Shown one piece after another: positions 1 through 12,288 of a stretch of DNA of 64,000 nt (positions are counted from its first letter, which is position 1; every line of letters begins with the position of its first letter). The stretch lies in NCBI GenBank assembly GCA_002633005.1, contig NMRA01000367.1, positions 212,762 to 276,761 on the forward strand. Direction: 5' to 3'. The notes beneath the pieces are model-generated. The model was not told the origin of the DNA. It did no database searches and saw only the letters and a program-made list of their open reading frames with translations. The DNA comes from Phoronis australis. Taxonomy: Eukaryota > Animalia > Phoronida. The position numbers and the translations under genes were made by a program.

Positions 1-340
1 CCACCCCATCACCATCATCATCACTACCACCACCATAATCACTACCACCATCATAACCACCACCATCACCATAACCACCACCACCACCATAATCTCCATC
101 ACTCCCACCACCCCATCACCATCATCATCACTACCACCACCATAACCACCACCATCACCATAATCTCCATCACTCCCACCACCCCATCACCATCATCATC
201 ACTACCACCGCCATAACCACCACCATCAACATAACCACCACCACCATAACCAAAACCACCTTAACCATCACCACAATCACCACCCCATCACCATCATCAT
301 TACCACCATAACCCCAGCATAACCATCACCACTACAACTA
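1..340. repeat. Degenerate (ACC/ATC)n trinucleotide low-complexity tract
   Basis: Continuous cac/cat/acc triplets from the window start. Confidence 0.9.
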
Positions 341-926
341 CTGAACCTGACTTTCACGCTGAGACTCTAGAGAGTTAACCTCTTTGATGTCATCCTCTTT
401 ATTGTGAGACGTCCCAGTATGCTGAACATCTGAACTTCGTTGGTAAGCAATCTACACTGCCATCGTCTTGTTTAATTTAGCCGCTGATAGATGCTGACTC
501 GCAGCCCAAACTGGGCGAGAGGATAGTCGACCAAGCAACTTTGAGGCAGGCTGCAGAGAGTCGAAGTAAGTTTGTGTTCTACTGGCGTATTTTGTGTGGC
601 AGTTTTTTTCAAGATATACACAAGTGCCGTGATTTTGTGTCTATCTGTTCTTTGTTTGTCCTTGAAAATTTTCATCAAGTGAGTATGAATTGTTTAATTT
701 CATGCTACGAATCCGTTTACTGAATCTTCTCTGAAACCACTGATGTGAAACGCCATCTTTGGAAGCCATTGTTCTGGTTCACATTTTGGGATGCAGCCTT
801 TTGTTGTGTTTTTTGTTTTTGCGGTAAATTAGCCATCGGGAGAGATTCTAAGTGGACCTCTAAATATGGAAATACTAAAATCATCGGCAGAGTTGGTAAG
901 ACTATCAACAGCCGGAATCGGCAAGC

Positions 927-1205
927 TTATGGAGAGACAGTTAGAGTAACTCTAGCTAGTACTAGTTTATGGAGAGACAGTTAGAGTAACTCTAGCTAGG
1001 ACTAGTTTATGGAGAGACAGTTAGAGTAACTCTAGCTAGGACTAGTTTACGGAGAGACAGTTAGAGTAACTCTAGCTAGGACTAGTTTATGGAGAGACAG
1101 TTAGAGTAACTCTAGCTAGGACTAGTTTATAGAGAGACAGTTAGAGTAACTCTAGCTAGGACTAGTTTATGGAGAGACAGTTAGAGTAACTCTAGCTAGG
1201 ACTAG
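927..1205. repeat. 40-bp minisatellite, ~7 copies
   Basis: Unit ttatggagagacagttagagtaactctagctaggactagt, near-identical copies. Confidence 0.95.
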
Positions 1206-1302
1206 GATAAAAATAGAGACTGGCTTCTTTCAGTGTTCTCTTTGGTTTGTTTTCCAGCGACCTCTTTGGCGAGTTACCGTTCGAACTTTCTTCAGACACG
1301 CG

Positions 1303-1325
1303 TGACGTCAGTGGGACCGCACGTG
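1303..1325. promoter_or_regulatory. CRE (TGACGTCA) plus E-box (CACGTG) in a CpG-rich patch
   Basis: TGACGTCA at 1303-1310 and CACGTG at 1320-1325. Motif match only. Confidence 0.3.
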
Positions 1326-2257
1326 TATGAGGAGGAGGTATGTAGTGTGCCCTCGTCTTACCTATTGCGTACTGCATAGTACTCATGGAATCACTGTAGT
1401 TAGTTCGGGGCTCTATTGTGTTGAATTACATGCCTGAGCACCGTGGTTACGTGTACATTGTAGTTATTCCGCGTCAGTGTATCGTCATAATATAAAATGT
1501 AAAGTTCGAAATTATTTTTGAGCTCTTCACAGAGACTGCAACGAACATTTTTTAAATTACGAATTATTTTCCCTGAAATTCTTTGAAAGCGTTCTTCTTC
1601 ACGCGTTGTCAAACATCGACGCCATCGTTTTGTTGTCATCATCGTCACCATTATTAATAAAGGCGACTATAAACCTGCCCTCGAACGATCCATTTTTGGC
1701 TATACAGAAAACCAGGTGGTTTCTCAAATTGGAAAGCAAGAACAGTCGTTTATTGCTTGAGAGAATGTGCGCATTTTTTGACGGAAGGCCGCTTTAGCTG
1801 TGGTTTTTGAGTCGTGCCCTCGAGAATATTTGTCGTGAATTCGAACAATTTTTTGCAAAATAATGTTTCTCTTGTAATCTTCATTATTTTACAGGACCTT
1901 GTACAGTCAGACTCCTTCGTGGGTGAGACAGACCTGGACATGTCGTAGACATCTTTGCTGCCAGATTAGTAGCACTGACTCCAGAACTGATCTCTCCGTG
2001 TTCCCTGCGACTGTTCGCGGTTCACTAGCATGTGCCACACAGCGGGGGCACTTTGTGTGCCAATAACATTTTCGCTGTAGCCAAACTAGTCTACCTTAGC
2101 TAAGGTTTTCCAGCTGAACAGTTACAGATCATGATTTCTGAAACAGCTTCCAACTGCAGAGCGAAATCTGCTGTTGATGTCGGGTGCTAAACAATTTAGT
2201 TTTTAAGAAATCCCTGTTCATAAAGTTTGGAAAATATCTTTTAGAGGTAATACGAAT

Positions 2258-3952
2258 GAATTACTCAAAAAAGTAACGCCCTTTCATAGTTTCAGGGTAA
2301 TTTCACGAAGGAATAATAAATTAAGACACATCTTTTGACATCATATTTGCTCGAAATTTTTACAGTAAAACGAATTTAATATGGCTATAAAGTTATACAG
2401 TTGAAACACAAAAGTAGCTAAATGACGGTGTCAGTCTATCTCATTAGTAACGTGCACTGTCGCCACTCGCATTCACCACAGCCATGCATCTCTCATGCAT
2501 ACTCCTAATTAAGCGCATGCATCTCTCATGCATACTCCTAATTAAGCGCTGAATCATGTGGTGGGAGATTGCTGCCCATTCCTGTTCCATCAGACGCCGT
2601 AGATCGTCCAATGTGGGACCACCAAGCTGGTCCTGCAGCTCTTCTATAGGGTTCAGGTCAGGAGTTGCTTTAGGGCACTCTAGACGCTATATGCCTTGTT
2701 GTTGCAGAAGGTTTTCTAAGGCCCTTGCACTGTGCGGCCTTGCGTTGTCGTCTTGCAGAATACCATTTTGCCCAAGCGTCTGAACGAAAGGTACGGATAC
2801 AGTGCGATAGCGCGGAGCGTTGAGACTTCCTCGTAGACGTACATGTGGATTTCTTCCGTTGAAGGAGATTCCGCCCCATACCAGAACATTGCCTCCACGA
2901 TACGGTGTCGTGCGTAATGCAACTGTTTGTAAATCTTTCGCCTCGCCGTCTCCACACAGTCTGCCGCCTGTCGATGCAAACGATACTCATCAGAGAACAC
3001 CGCGGCTCTCCACTGTTGCTGGTTCCAGCGAATGTGTTGCCTACACCATCTCATTCGCGTTTGGCGGTGGACAGCGGTCATACATGGTTTCCTTGCAGGA
3101 CGCCGTGCTCTTATGTCGGCTGAATGAAGGCGGTTCCTCACCGTCTGATCGCTAATGTTCAGGTGTTGCCCTCGCAATCTCTAAGTGACTTCCCTGGCTG
3201 TAATCTGCCGATTGCACAGCACCAAAGTTCTAATGTGCCTATCGTGGTTTTGTGCAGTAGCGCGTGGACGACCTTTTCTCGGAAAGTCATAGACAGTACG
3301 AGAAGCTCTGTACTTGCGAAGGAGACGTTTCATTGTACTGACAGATGCACCTACGTTGTTGGCGACCTCTCTTAGCGTATCGCCCGATTGGAATTGACTA
3401 ATAGCCCAAAATCTATCATTTTCGGCCATACGTGGCATGGTTGACGCCCAAATTGACACTGACAAATGCGCAAAAGTTGCATTTTTTGTCTACTGACTCC
3501 ATTCTATCACGCGTAGTGGGAATCATCGGTGCTCCACTGTACACCATTGACCGTCAGTTGGCAAAGAGCTGTTGGAGCTCCACACAAGAGACAGCCGAGG
3601 ATACTCAATAAAGCCATTCATAGTTTCATATATTGATCTACAGACTCATTTATGAATCACAAGACTATACTAGCGCTATGCAGTTTGTAGTTTTCGTAAA
3701 AGTTGCATTTCGTTGAATCCGTGTGCGAACCAAATGTTTTCGGAATCTCTATTTTGCGACTTTAGGTTCTGATTCACATCGCTTAAAAACTTCATTTTGA
3801 AATATTTATCAATATTTTTTGTAATAAACTTGATATGAGAATGTGTCTTAAATTGTACTATCAATGCATTTTTGGATTTTTCAGAAACGATCATTACTGT
3901 CCAATTTATGAACAAAAAAATGAAGGGAGCGTTACCTTTTTGATTAGTATTA
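2258..3952 (-). mobile_element. Decayed Tc1-like (Tc1/mariner) DNA transposon
   Basis: Degenerate TIRs: tactcaaaaaagtaacgccctttca (~2262) versus reverse-complement taatcaaaaaggtaacgctcccttca (~3921-3946). They flank a transposase pseudogene. Confidence 0.8.
2444..3438 (-). pseudogene. Tc1-like DD34E transposase pseudogene
   Basis: N-terminal HTH region MPRMAENDR...GRPRAT, second HTH ISDQTVRNRL...ARRPARKP, then W...VFSDE. The segment QDDNARPH...PDLNPIE has 34 residues between D and E. It has in-frame stops, frameshifts and a 33-bp internal duplication at ~2484-2549. Confidence 0.92.
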
Positions 3953-4074
3953 TACAAAGGTGAAGCTTCAACTGAACCACAAACGTCACAGCGAGCTGTC
4001 TCTCTTTAAAAGAGTTTGGTGGAACTCTACAAAGATTTTTATCATTGGCTTGTTTTCTGTATATTTGATGCTAA

Positions 4075-4078
4075 TGTG

Positions 4079-4115
<37 letters not shown>
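4075..4115. repeat. (TG)n microsatellite
   Basis: About 20 TG units. Confidence 0.95.
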
Positions 4116-4116
<1 letters not shown>

Positions 4117-5039
4117 TTTAAGGAATGGAGATTTTTATCAATTTGGTAACTGTCAACTTGTCATAGCTTTTTGTTGTAACTGCATTCATGCGACTTTTGA
4201 TTATGCTAAACTAGACGTATATTGAGCGTTGAAAATAATCCGTTGTGGTTTTATAATAATCGATTTCATCTGTTATTTTTTCCCGCCAGAGTTTCCCATA
4301 GGTGATGCATACGGGATGTGCCACTGAAAAGGGTGACTTTTTTCACGACCAGTTTTACAGTCTACGAAAGGGCGTTTCCTGAGGAACTTTCCTACGAAAG
4401 AATGCTTTTAACGACAAAAATACACTAGAGAACCCCCAATTTACCCACTGCTCGTTTCAAGTCCCAGGCAACGCCATATTCAAAAACCCTTGTTTGTCCC
4501 GCATTTTTTGAGTTTTTAATACGACGAGTTAGAATTCATACTTTTTTCTTTAAGACTATGGACCAAATGTAGTTAATAGATTGCTTCAATGGAAAATTCA
4601 GCTCAGCTTACTTGAGCTTTATACCAGTGCAATGTTGGCAACTTCTGCTTGACCTGATTATCGCCGCGACTGCTTGGGTCTTTAGCCTGTGTAACCTTAA
4701 ATACTGTTTTAAAAATACTAGTTGTGCATGCAGCAAAATATGTAAGAGTTTGAAATAAATTGAATTTCATACAAATCGTTGTATTCTAGTGAAAAACCCC
4801 TACTTTTGGAAAGACACCCACGGTTCGTTTACATGTGGCCTGTCAATTAATTCATTTCTCCCGCCAAAGTTTCTCCACTATACAAAGTCCTATTGTTTGT
4901 CAACACATACACTGGCGAGTGAATAAGCTGTTTGGACATTTTTATTCATTGTTAAACCACGTAAGTGTCATGAAGGTAAATATGAGTCAAAATGGAAGCT
5001 GAAACTCAACGTGCAGGGGTAGACTCGGCTGATGATGGT

Positions 5040-5793
5040 TGTAGTTTTGTAAATTATATATGTTTACAGCAGATAAAATTTGATTGGCTTCTCCTATGAC
5101 TACGTAATTTCTTTATATTAGAATATTTCAAAACATTTTATATTTGCGTGAATTACTGATTGATATAGACCCGTAGACTGTAACATTCTGTATGATTCCG
5201 GAATGTTTTAGAATGAGCTTGAATTCGTGAAACGTTCAAGAACAGTAATTATTTCAGACTAAAAATACTCATTCACGCGAGTTTGTGAGAGTAAGTTACA
5301 TTTACATTTAAGTTATTTACTGTCGGAATTAGCTTTAGAGAAAACAAGTTACTGAACCAGTCTACGAGAGAGAACGTTGCTGAAAGTGATTCCAAAGTTC
5401 ATCAGAAGTAAAAGCTTCGCAGCACTGGTTGGAGCAGACATTACGCCATTTTGAGTAGACTCGGTGTATACTGTTGGTCGAGGTGACTATCTGGAACTGG
5501 TCTTCTGTCCATCATCGTATCGAAAGCTATTAGTACCGGTCAGTGTCAGAGATTCAATTCCCTGCTCCAATCGAAATAAAACTCAGTTAAGAAGCAACCG
5601 AAAGCCTGTAACTGAAGTTCGCGGGCTGAACGCGGGATCGTCATGTGTTTTACAAAACTTCTTAAAATTGCTAGAACCCAAGCAGAGTATTTCTGTGGTG
5701 TTTCATGCAATTTATTCCGTAGCTCACTCGTTGAACTACATCTCATAGAGTAAGCACACCAACAGTGAATTACGTGATCGGCATCGGGCTACA
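5040..5793 (+). mobile_element. Possible solo LTR
   Basis: TGTAG...CTACA termini, ~750 bp long, AATAAA at 5575. No clear TSD seen. Confidence 0.3.
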
Positions 5794-5904
5794 TTATTTA
5801 AGTTTTAATTATTTAAAATATGCCAATTACTCAGTCTTTCCCCTTTGGTAGAGTTAGTTTGAAAAATATTAAACTAAAGAAGGAAACTTCAATACATTAC
5901 CTTG

Positions 5905-5959
5905 GCAATGACCATCGCCTCTGTTGGCCCGAGGGCCAACAGAAGCGATTGGTCATTGC
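5905..5959. repeat. Palindromic hairpin (centre of a non-autonomous element)
   Basis: gcaatgaccatcgcctctgttggccc-ga-gggccaacagaagcgattggtcattgc. Confidence 0.8.
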
Positions 5960-6085
5960 TTATGCATTACCGAGAGTAAAGCGTAGTACGTAGTTTGGGT
6001 TATAAATGACGAAAAACTGAAAGAAACGGAAGAGCCTCCTGATTTTAGTCGGAAAGTAGTCCAATCAGGGTCTTGTCACACATTG

Positions 6086-6342
6086 GAGGTTCAAAAGGCG
6101 GTTCACACCTGTTCAGATGGCGGTTTATGCTTATGCTTGTTTAGAAGTCGGTTCACGCCTGTTTAGAAGGCGGTTCATGCCTGTTCAGAAGGCCGTTCAC
6201 ACCTGTTCAAAAGGCAGCTCACACCTGTTCGGAAGGCGTTTCACACCTGTTCATAAGGCAGTTTACTTCTGTTCATATGGAGGTTCACGCCGGTTCAGAA
6301 GGCGGTTCACTCTTGTTCACATTCATTCAGACCGGTTCAGAA
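6086..6342. repeat. Degenerate 22-bp minisatellite, ~11 copies
   Basis: Unit approximately gaaggcggttcacacctgttca. Confidence 0.9.
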
Positions 6343-7017
6343 CGTGGCCCTTACGAAAAATTCCAATATGATTTCCTGTTGGATCCTATAGGAAATCCTG
6401 GGTGTACCTTCACGTCGTGGGTAACATTTTCGTTGAAGCTCGCCTCACAATAACAGTGAACTTGTTTCCTGAAATGAAAATAAATTCGTTTGTGAAACCT
6501 AAAATTATGCTTGATGTACATGTAGTGCTCATGGCAATGGAAATATGCTATGCTGTTGTTCAGTTTTGATACGAAAGTAACACAGTAATGACACAAAATG
6601 TGATTAATTCATTGCACCACACTTATTTTGTAACCTTTTTTACGTTTTATAAGTAAAAAGTTCATTACTGTTTGACACACCACGATGCGTTCCCGATCGC
6701 ATAAACAATGCACAAATTTGCGTTCTCGATCGCATCTTTCAGCAGAAAAGCGCAGATAAATCAGAGATCCAGACAAAATTACAAAAAACCAGCGTTGCGT
6801 TATATTTTCACTCGTCATTTCTTCATAATTCCATGGTCAATTTATTGCTATAGTGCCAAAAATAACGGCTTACGCGATGCCTCGGTCAACGTAACTTTTC
6901 TCCCATAATTGGCAGAGACACTAGCCTAAACCTCTACCTGTCCTTCCTCAATGTGTTACGCCTTGAACTCATGTCTCAGTTTTCACATTGGAAGTAAAAT
7001 CAACGAAATTTACTCAC

Positions 7018-7200
7018 CTTGCCTGGCTTCGCTTCTCGCGCCAAATTTCCGGTCGTTCTCGATCGCGGGTTGGCCGGGGTGAGCCACATTGTGGCACTGC
7101 AATGGATGCGAGGCAGTCCTCCGCAGAGGCCCGTAGGCGGTGCGGGAACCCCAATGAATCTTTTTATATTAATGAAACACACAAAAAGTTTCCTCGTTAG
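7018..7200 (-). other. Candidate first exon of a minus-strand gene
   Basis: GC/CpG-rich block ending in a consensus donor AAG|GTGAGT (actcac at 7012-7017). Possible ATG-initiated peptide MWLTPANPRSRTTGNLAREAKPGK. The 5' end is approximate. Confidence 0.4.
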
Positions 7201-7273
7201 CGTAGTTTTAATAACCTACTCTATGAATAATGTTCTTTTGTTGTTAGCCGAGTCTTCATCCTGGGACCCCGGG

Positions 7274-7283
7274 CCATATAAGG
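7274..7283. promoter_or_regulatory. CArG box (SRF site) CCATATAAGG
   Basis: Perfect CC(A/T)6GG just upstream of the candidate minus-strand exon. Confidence 0.45.
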
Positions 7284-7593
7284 CATGGTTTGGACAAAAT
7301 GTGTCGACTCCAAAATAAAACTGCATTGCTCTATTTCCAACAGATTCGATACACTGAGATTCTTTATAACCCCTAACACCATAAATATAAAATAGGATAG
7401 GTACTAAACCACCTAGTACAAGTTTTGATTCATAATTTTAATATTTTCACGGAAAACGTTCATTACACATCCAAACACTCGTCTAAAGTAAGGCGTAAAT
7501 ATTTAAATGTATATTTAGCGCAACTTTGCAACTACGCGAGTGTACAATTCTTCCTACCATTTCGTGCACTCTCGACCTTGTTGGTACTTCTGT

Positions 7594-7603
7594 CTAAAAA
7601 TAA
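7594..7603. promoter_or_regulatory. MEF2-type site CTAAAAATAA
   Basis: Matches YTA(W)4TAR. Chance matches are possible in AT-rich DNA. Confidence 0.3.
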
Positions 7604-8096
7604 CCGAAGTGGCAATTGGTTGCCGGATCCGAATTGCGGTACAGCTCAGCTACATCTCGTGTGAGTACGATAAAGCTTTTAAATTTTAAAAAGTTAGGAC
7701 GGTGGAGTGTTGGTTCGGTCAAGTGAGAAAGGTGACACTTTGGAACGGTGGGTTGTTACGCTGATCTAAAATATACAACTCGAAAAACGGAACTAAGCAA
7801 ATAAAAATATATTTTTCATCTGTCGAGTTCAGTAAGTAATTTTCGTAGTGCCTGTCTCCATGCCTCATGCGAACTTTCAATTATGGTTTTCAACTGGGGC
7901 ATTTGTCGCCTAGTCAAAGACGGGGAGCCATTTCAGTTATTCCAAGAAGGAAAACTTTCAAACATTTTCTCAAAAACGGGGGACATATTTTGTTGTTGAA
8001 TGGCAGCCACGAAACATTGTTTAGTTCTTTGGCTCGTTGACTGAAATTGGTCCTAGCAAATTTATTCAATATATTAACCAAAAGGCTTTGTTAGAG

Positions 8097-8341
8097 CAAT
8101 GAGCTGTACCAAGTATAGCTACTACACCAGATAAAGCTATACCAGATATAGCAGCTTTACCAGATATAGTTATACCAGATATAGCTATATCTGGTATAGT
8201 TATACCAGATATAGCTATACCAGGTATAGCTATACCTGGTATAGCTATATCTGGTATAGCTATACCAGCTATAGCTATACCAGATATAGCTATACCAGAT
8301 ATAGCTATACTAGATATAGCTATACCAGATATAGCTCATTG
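8097..8341. repeat. 15-bp mixed-orientation minisatellite
   Basis: gctataccagatata units interleaved with their reverse complement, bounded by caatgagct...agctcattg. Confidence 0.9.
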
Positions 8342-8812
8342 GTTAGAGGCAGACATATGGAGCTCAATAGATGAATCCTATACGATTAAATCACTTCACG
8401 GCAGAAACAAAACACCGGGCTTTTGGTGTTGGTCGACTGTAAAAGGCTTTCGGTCAAGTGACTTTGAATTTCTGTAAGACAATGTGTGTTTTCAACTTTC
8501 CATCCATTTTACATTTCACTCTGTGCCATTCAGAATGGAGTGACGTCAGAATAGATTAAGATTGGTAGGGCTTGCCGCAAAGGGGTCCTCTGTCTTTTGT
8601 TTATCTACATTTTGTTGAGAATAATGGCCGTACTCACAGTCACAATGTTACTTCAGTACGTTGATTACACGGTTCTTAACTCTTCACTTGATCTTTTCGT
8701 TAATTTTCAAATATTCGGAACTAAACCCCAACTATGCATTGCGTTTGGATTGTTGCGATGCAGGATCGTACACAATGAGATATACATAGCTCATTGATCG
8801 TACATGTGAAAA

Positions 8813-9057
8813 CATGCGCGCACCCAGCCTTTAATATGGGGGAGCTCGAATTTCAGACGATGTGGACCTTTTACCGATAAAAAAGCCGAAGGACTACAAA
8901 AACGGGGTACCACGTCCAGGGCTGTGAATTGCGGGTTTGCGCCTTTTTAGTGGACTTTTTGTCTCGTTTTCACGGACTTTTTGTTTCTCTGGGGCGGACC
9001 TTTTTGTCCACTTCGCCAAATAGGTGGCTCCTTCGAGCCCCCCTGGGTGCGCGCATG
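8813..9057. mobile_element. MITE family A, 5-bp TSD (hAT5-like)
   Basis: 15-bp perfect TIR catgcgcgcacccag/ctgggtgcgcgcatg, TSD gaaaa on both sides. Confidence 0.85.
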
Positions 9058-9277
9058 GAAAACACTAACATTTCTTGGTGCAAATCAGAATTTACTTTTT
9101 GAATTCAGTTTAGTAATAAAGACAATATGGTTAACTTACAATAGGACGTTAAAATTCAAGAAATTAACCAATCCCTAAAGGTTTGGTCTAAAAGAATATT
9201 AGCCAGCCAAGTGGCAGCACATACCGGTATACCACATAACAACCAGCCTGGAGCGGGTGACTGTACATCGTGTAATA

Positions 9278-10284
9278 CATAGGCGGATTTAGGGGGGGGG
9301 GCCAGGGGGCCCGGGCCCCCCCCCCCCCCTTGGCTGCCGCAAAAAAATAAAACAGTAAGNNNNNNNNNNNNNNNNNNNNNNNNNNNNNNNNNNNNNNNNN
9401 NNNNNNNNNNNNNNNNNNNNNNNNNNNNNNNNNNNNNNNNNNNNNNNNNNNNNNNNNNNNNNNNNNNNNNNNNNNNNNNNNNNNNNNNNNNNNNNNNNNN
9501 NNNNNNNNNNNNNNNNNNNNNNNNNNNNNNNNNNNNNNNNNNNNNNNNNNNNNNNNNNNNNNNNNNNNNNNNNNNNNNNNNNNNNNNNNNNNNNNNNNNN
9601 NNNNNNNNNNNNNNNNNNNNNNNNNNNNNNNNNNNNNNNNNNNNNNNNNNNNNAAAAACAGAAGCTGCTGGTAAGATGGGAATTTTAATAGAAGCCTTAG
9701 TGAATCACTCAGAAACTCGCAATACTCTCTTTGTCAAACCTTATGTTAAGACGATTTCCAAAGCAATCCCCGGTCATTATTGCCAACACGAATAACGGAT
9801 TTGGTCTTTTGGGCATTTTAAGACTATTTTAAATACGACAAATTTGTTAAGAATCGATGGCACAAAACGTGTAATAAGCATTACAAAAAGAAGTAGGTTT
9901 CGCGCGCAAACGCTGTGGACCATAAACAAGTAGGTCTCTTAGTATGAGATTAGTAGGTGAATCGTGGTGGTGTAGTGGTAACGCACGCGCGCTCTGTGGG
10001 CAAGGTCGTGAGTTCGAGTCTTTGGTACGCTCAGTTTTTCCTGTTTGACACGATCTCCGTGTTTTTTTTTTGCCTTTTTTTCTTGGTTAATACTTCAGGA
10101 ATCAAGGAAAATACTTGATTTTTCGAGGTCAAAACGGAAAAATTTCCTGGGCGGGAGGGGGGCAAACCCGACCTCCCCCCATTTGGTGCTATGCGCATCT
10201 ACATTCGTGGTTCAGTTTGCGCAAATGTTTACAGCCGGACAAAATGTTGGGCCCCCCCCTTGTGATATCCTAGATCCGCCACTG
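9278..10284. mobile_element. Non-autonomous element family B, 5-bp TSD (hAT5-like); spans an N-gap
   Basis: Termini cataggcggatttagg...cctagatccgccactg, TSD taata. Confidence 0.85.
9962..10030 (+). other. tRNA-derived (His-like) A/B-box cassette inside a DNA transposon
   Basis: A box tggtgtagtgg and B box gttcgagtc at tRNA spacing. Stems are degenerate, so it is not a functional tRNA. Confidence 0.5.
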
Positions 10285-10903
10285 TAATAACTTCATTTGG
10301 CAGGACTTTTTTCAAATTCATATGGGATAGTAAAAATTATAAAAATCAGTTGGGCGACTATAGCGCAAACATTGTCTCAAGATATAACATGATTCAAGTA
10401 CGTCCAGTTTTAACAGCTGTGCAAGCTACTTTCTAATTCGAGTTTATTTAACGACCATTACAACCATTGCATTTTGAGGATTTGTTCTACGAGGGTTGTA
10501 CAGAAAAGCGTTTTTGGAAAGAAGTAATCAACTGTTTCGTGTAAATCACTGTTTTGACTGGACATCATTAATTATCATCATTCATTATGGTTCAACAATA
10601 AAGTTCTTATTGGTAAGAAATGTAATTTTATAGAATATGGTACAGAAAAGAAACTTTATCTAGTAGCGATCTTCTTAACAGCATTGGTAAATTTATGTTG
10701 CACCGTTAATTGTGCTTTGCGCTAAGTACGAATTTTCTTTTGCGATCTGTCTTTTTGCAGGCGTAGTAGACTCCATTTTTAGAATTTAGAAAGATTGAAG
10801 CATCATACTTTTGTAACTATCCACCCTCACCCTAATCCCATGTTTCCAGTGGCAAACATTAACAAATGCATTAAGCATTGCTTTTTGCCGTCAGCTAAAT
10901 ATA

Positions 10904-12288
10904 CAGGCCCGTAGGAAGGAAAAAAATATTGGGGGGGGGGAGGCACAAACCAATTTTACTTCGTCAACCTACCCTCTCGCTATCGTCAAAATAATGCTGA
11001 AATATTTATTTAATGTTTTTATTGTTGCGAGTATTTGGGTACACTCGTTCGACATGTGCACGGTCACCCCAATGGTAGCCTCGACAGCAGTGTTTTCCAC
11101 ATGTGGGAATTCTTTACAAACAACTCATAGTTACCATCTTCAAAAGAGATACCATTTTTGTGATTTTATGGTAAACAGTAACATTATTTTATAACTAACC
11201 GTCGGAAATAGTAATTTTGTGTAATTAAAAAACAGCGGTCTTCACGTTCTTTAAACATCCTGACTCCCTTTCGATGGCGGTTCAAATTTTTGCACACTTT
11301 TTGGTTGTTTGGGTCGAATGTCTTGATACTGCTGTGCTGTGCACGAATGTTTTGTGTTTTTTTTGACAAATTTTGAATCACAACTTCCCTCGTGAATAGT
11401 TGGCAGTGTCGGATTTACATGTAACGAGGGACAAAGGGGCATTTCTCCGAACTGCTCCACCGAGAGAGGGTCCCGTCTGAAATGGGACACCTTAATTATG
11501 AAAAGCTAAACATCATTAAGTTTGGAAAAGAGTGACAGTTCACTCCGCCGTCGTGTGGTCACTGAGACGACGGTGCAGGAAGTGACTTTCTTCAACATGA
11601 AAGTTGGTTGCACGATTTAACAAAAAACAGGAAAATAGAGGTAATCGAGTTCAAAATTAGGTTCTCTCTCCGTGAGCATACCCTTAAGAATTTGTCAATA
11701 GAAATGTAAAAACTGTGGTCACTTGAATGTCATCAATGGCCACCTTCAGACGTGGGGCCCCTATATGTGAAAATATCTATATTTTCACGAAATGCGCAGC
11801 AATTGATAATATCTGTCAGGTCATCAATTTTTCTCAAATGATATACAATTCGAAAAACAAGCGACAATTGTCTCCGTTGTTCTTTGCCAGAGAGGGGCCT
11901 CTAGAAAATATGGTTTTGCAGTCGCAAAATTGACTTACTGAATTTAAAAATCCAGTAAATTAATACACTCCGCAAAAGCTTCACTTAACAAATTTTGTCG
12001 ATTTTTCGAAATATATGCATGAATCATTACGTGCACGTTTCCAAGTGCATTTAGAGGACCTGTGCTGCGAAAGCGGAGACCCCACCAACAATGTCCTGGC
12101 CGGGCGTCCTCAAAAGGTAAACTATTCACCGACACAGAGTTGTTAAATGTTTTTTCTCTCATTTAGCAGTCTTTCTTTTCTCGACTGTCCCTGCCCCACG
12201 CGTATGTCGGTTGCCACGGTTTAACCCTGATGCCTGAAAATTTTTGGGGGTGCCCGTGCCCCCCCGCCCCCCACTTCCTACGGCCCTG
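10904..12288. mobile_element. Non-autonomous element family C, 5-bp TSD (hAT5-like)
   Basis: Termini caggcccgtaggaag...cttcctacggccctg, TSD atata. Confidence 0.8.

Noticed and set aside
481-565. Possible + strand exon (PLIDADSQPKLGERIVDQATLRQAAESR) with AG/GTAAGT ends, and an acceptor at 1894
   Set aside because: The protein is not recognised, the polypyrimidine tract is weak and the phase link to the 1895 exon is unclear. It needs RNA evidence.
9962-10030. Functional tRNA genes here and at 36951 and 46703
   Set aside because: Acceptor and anticodon stems do not pair, so they are reported only as tRNA-derived cassettes.
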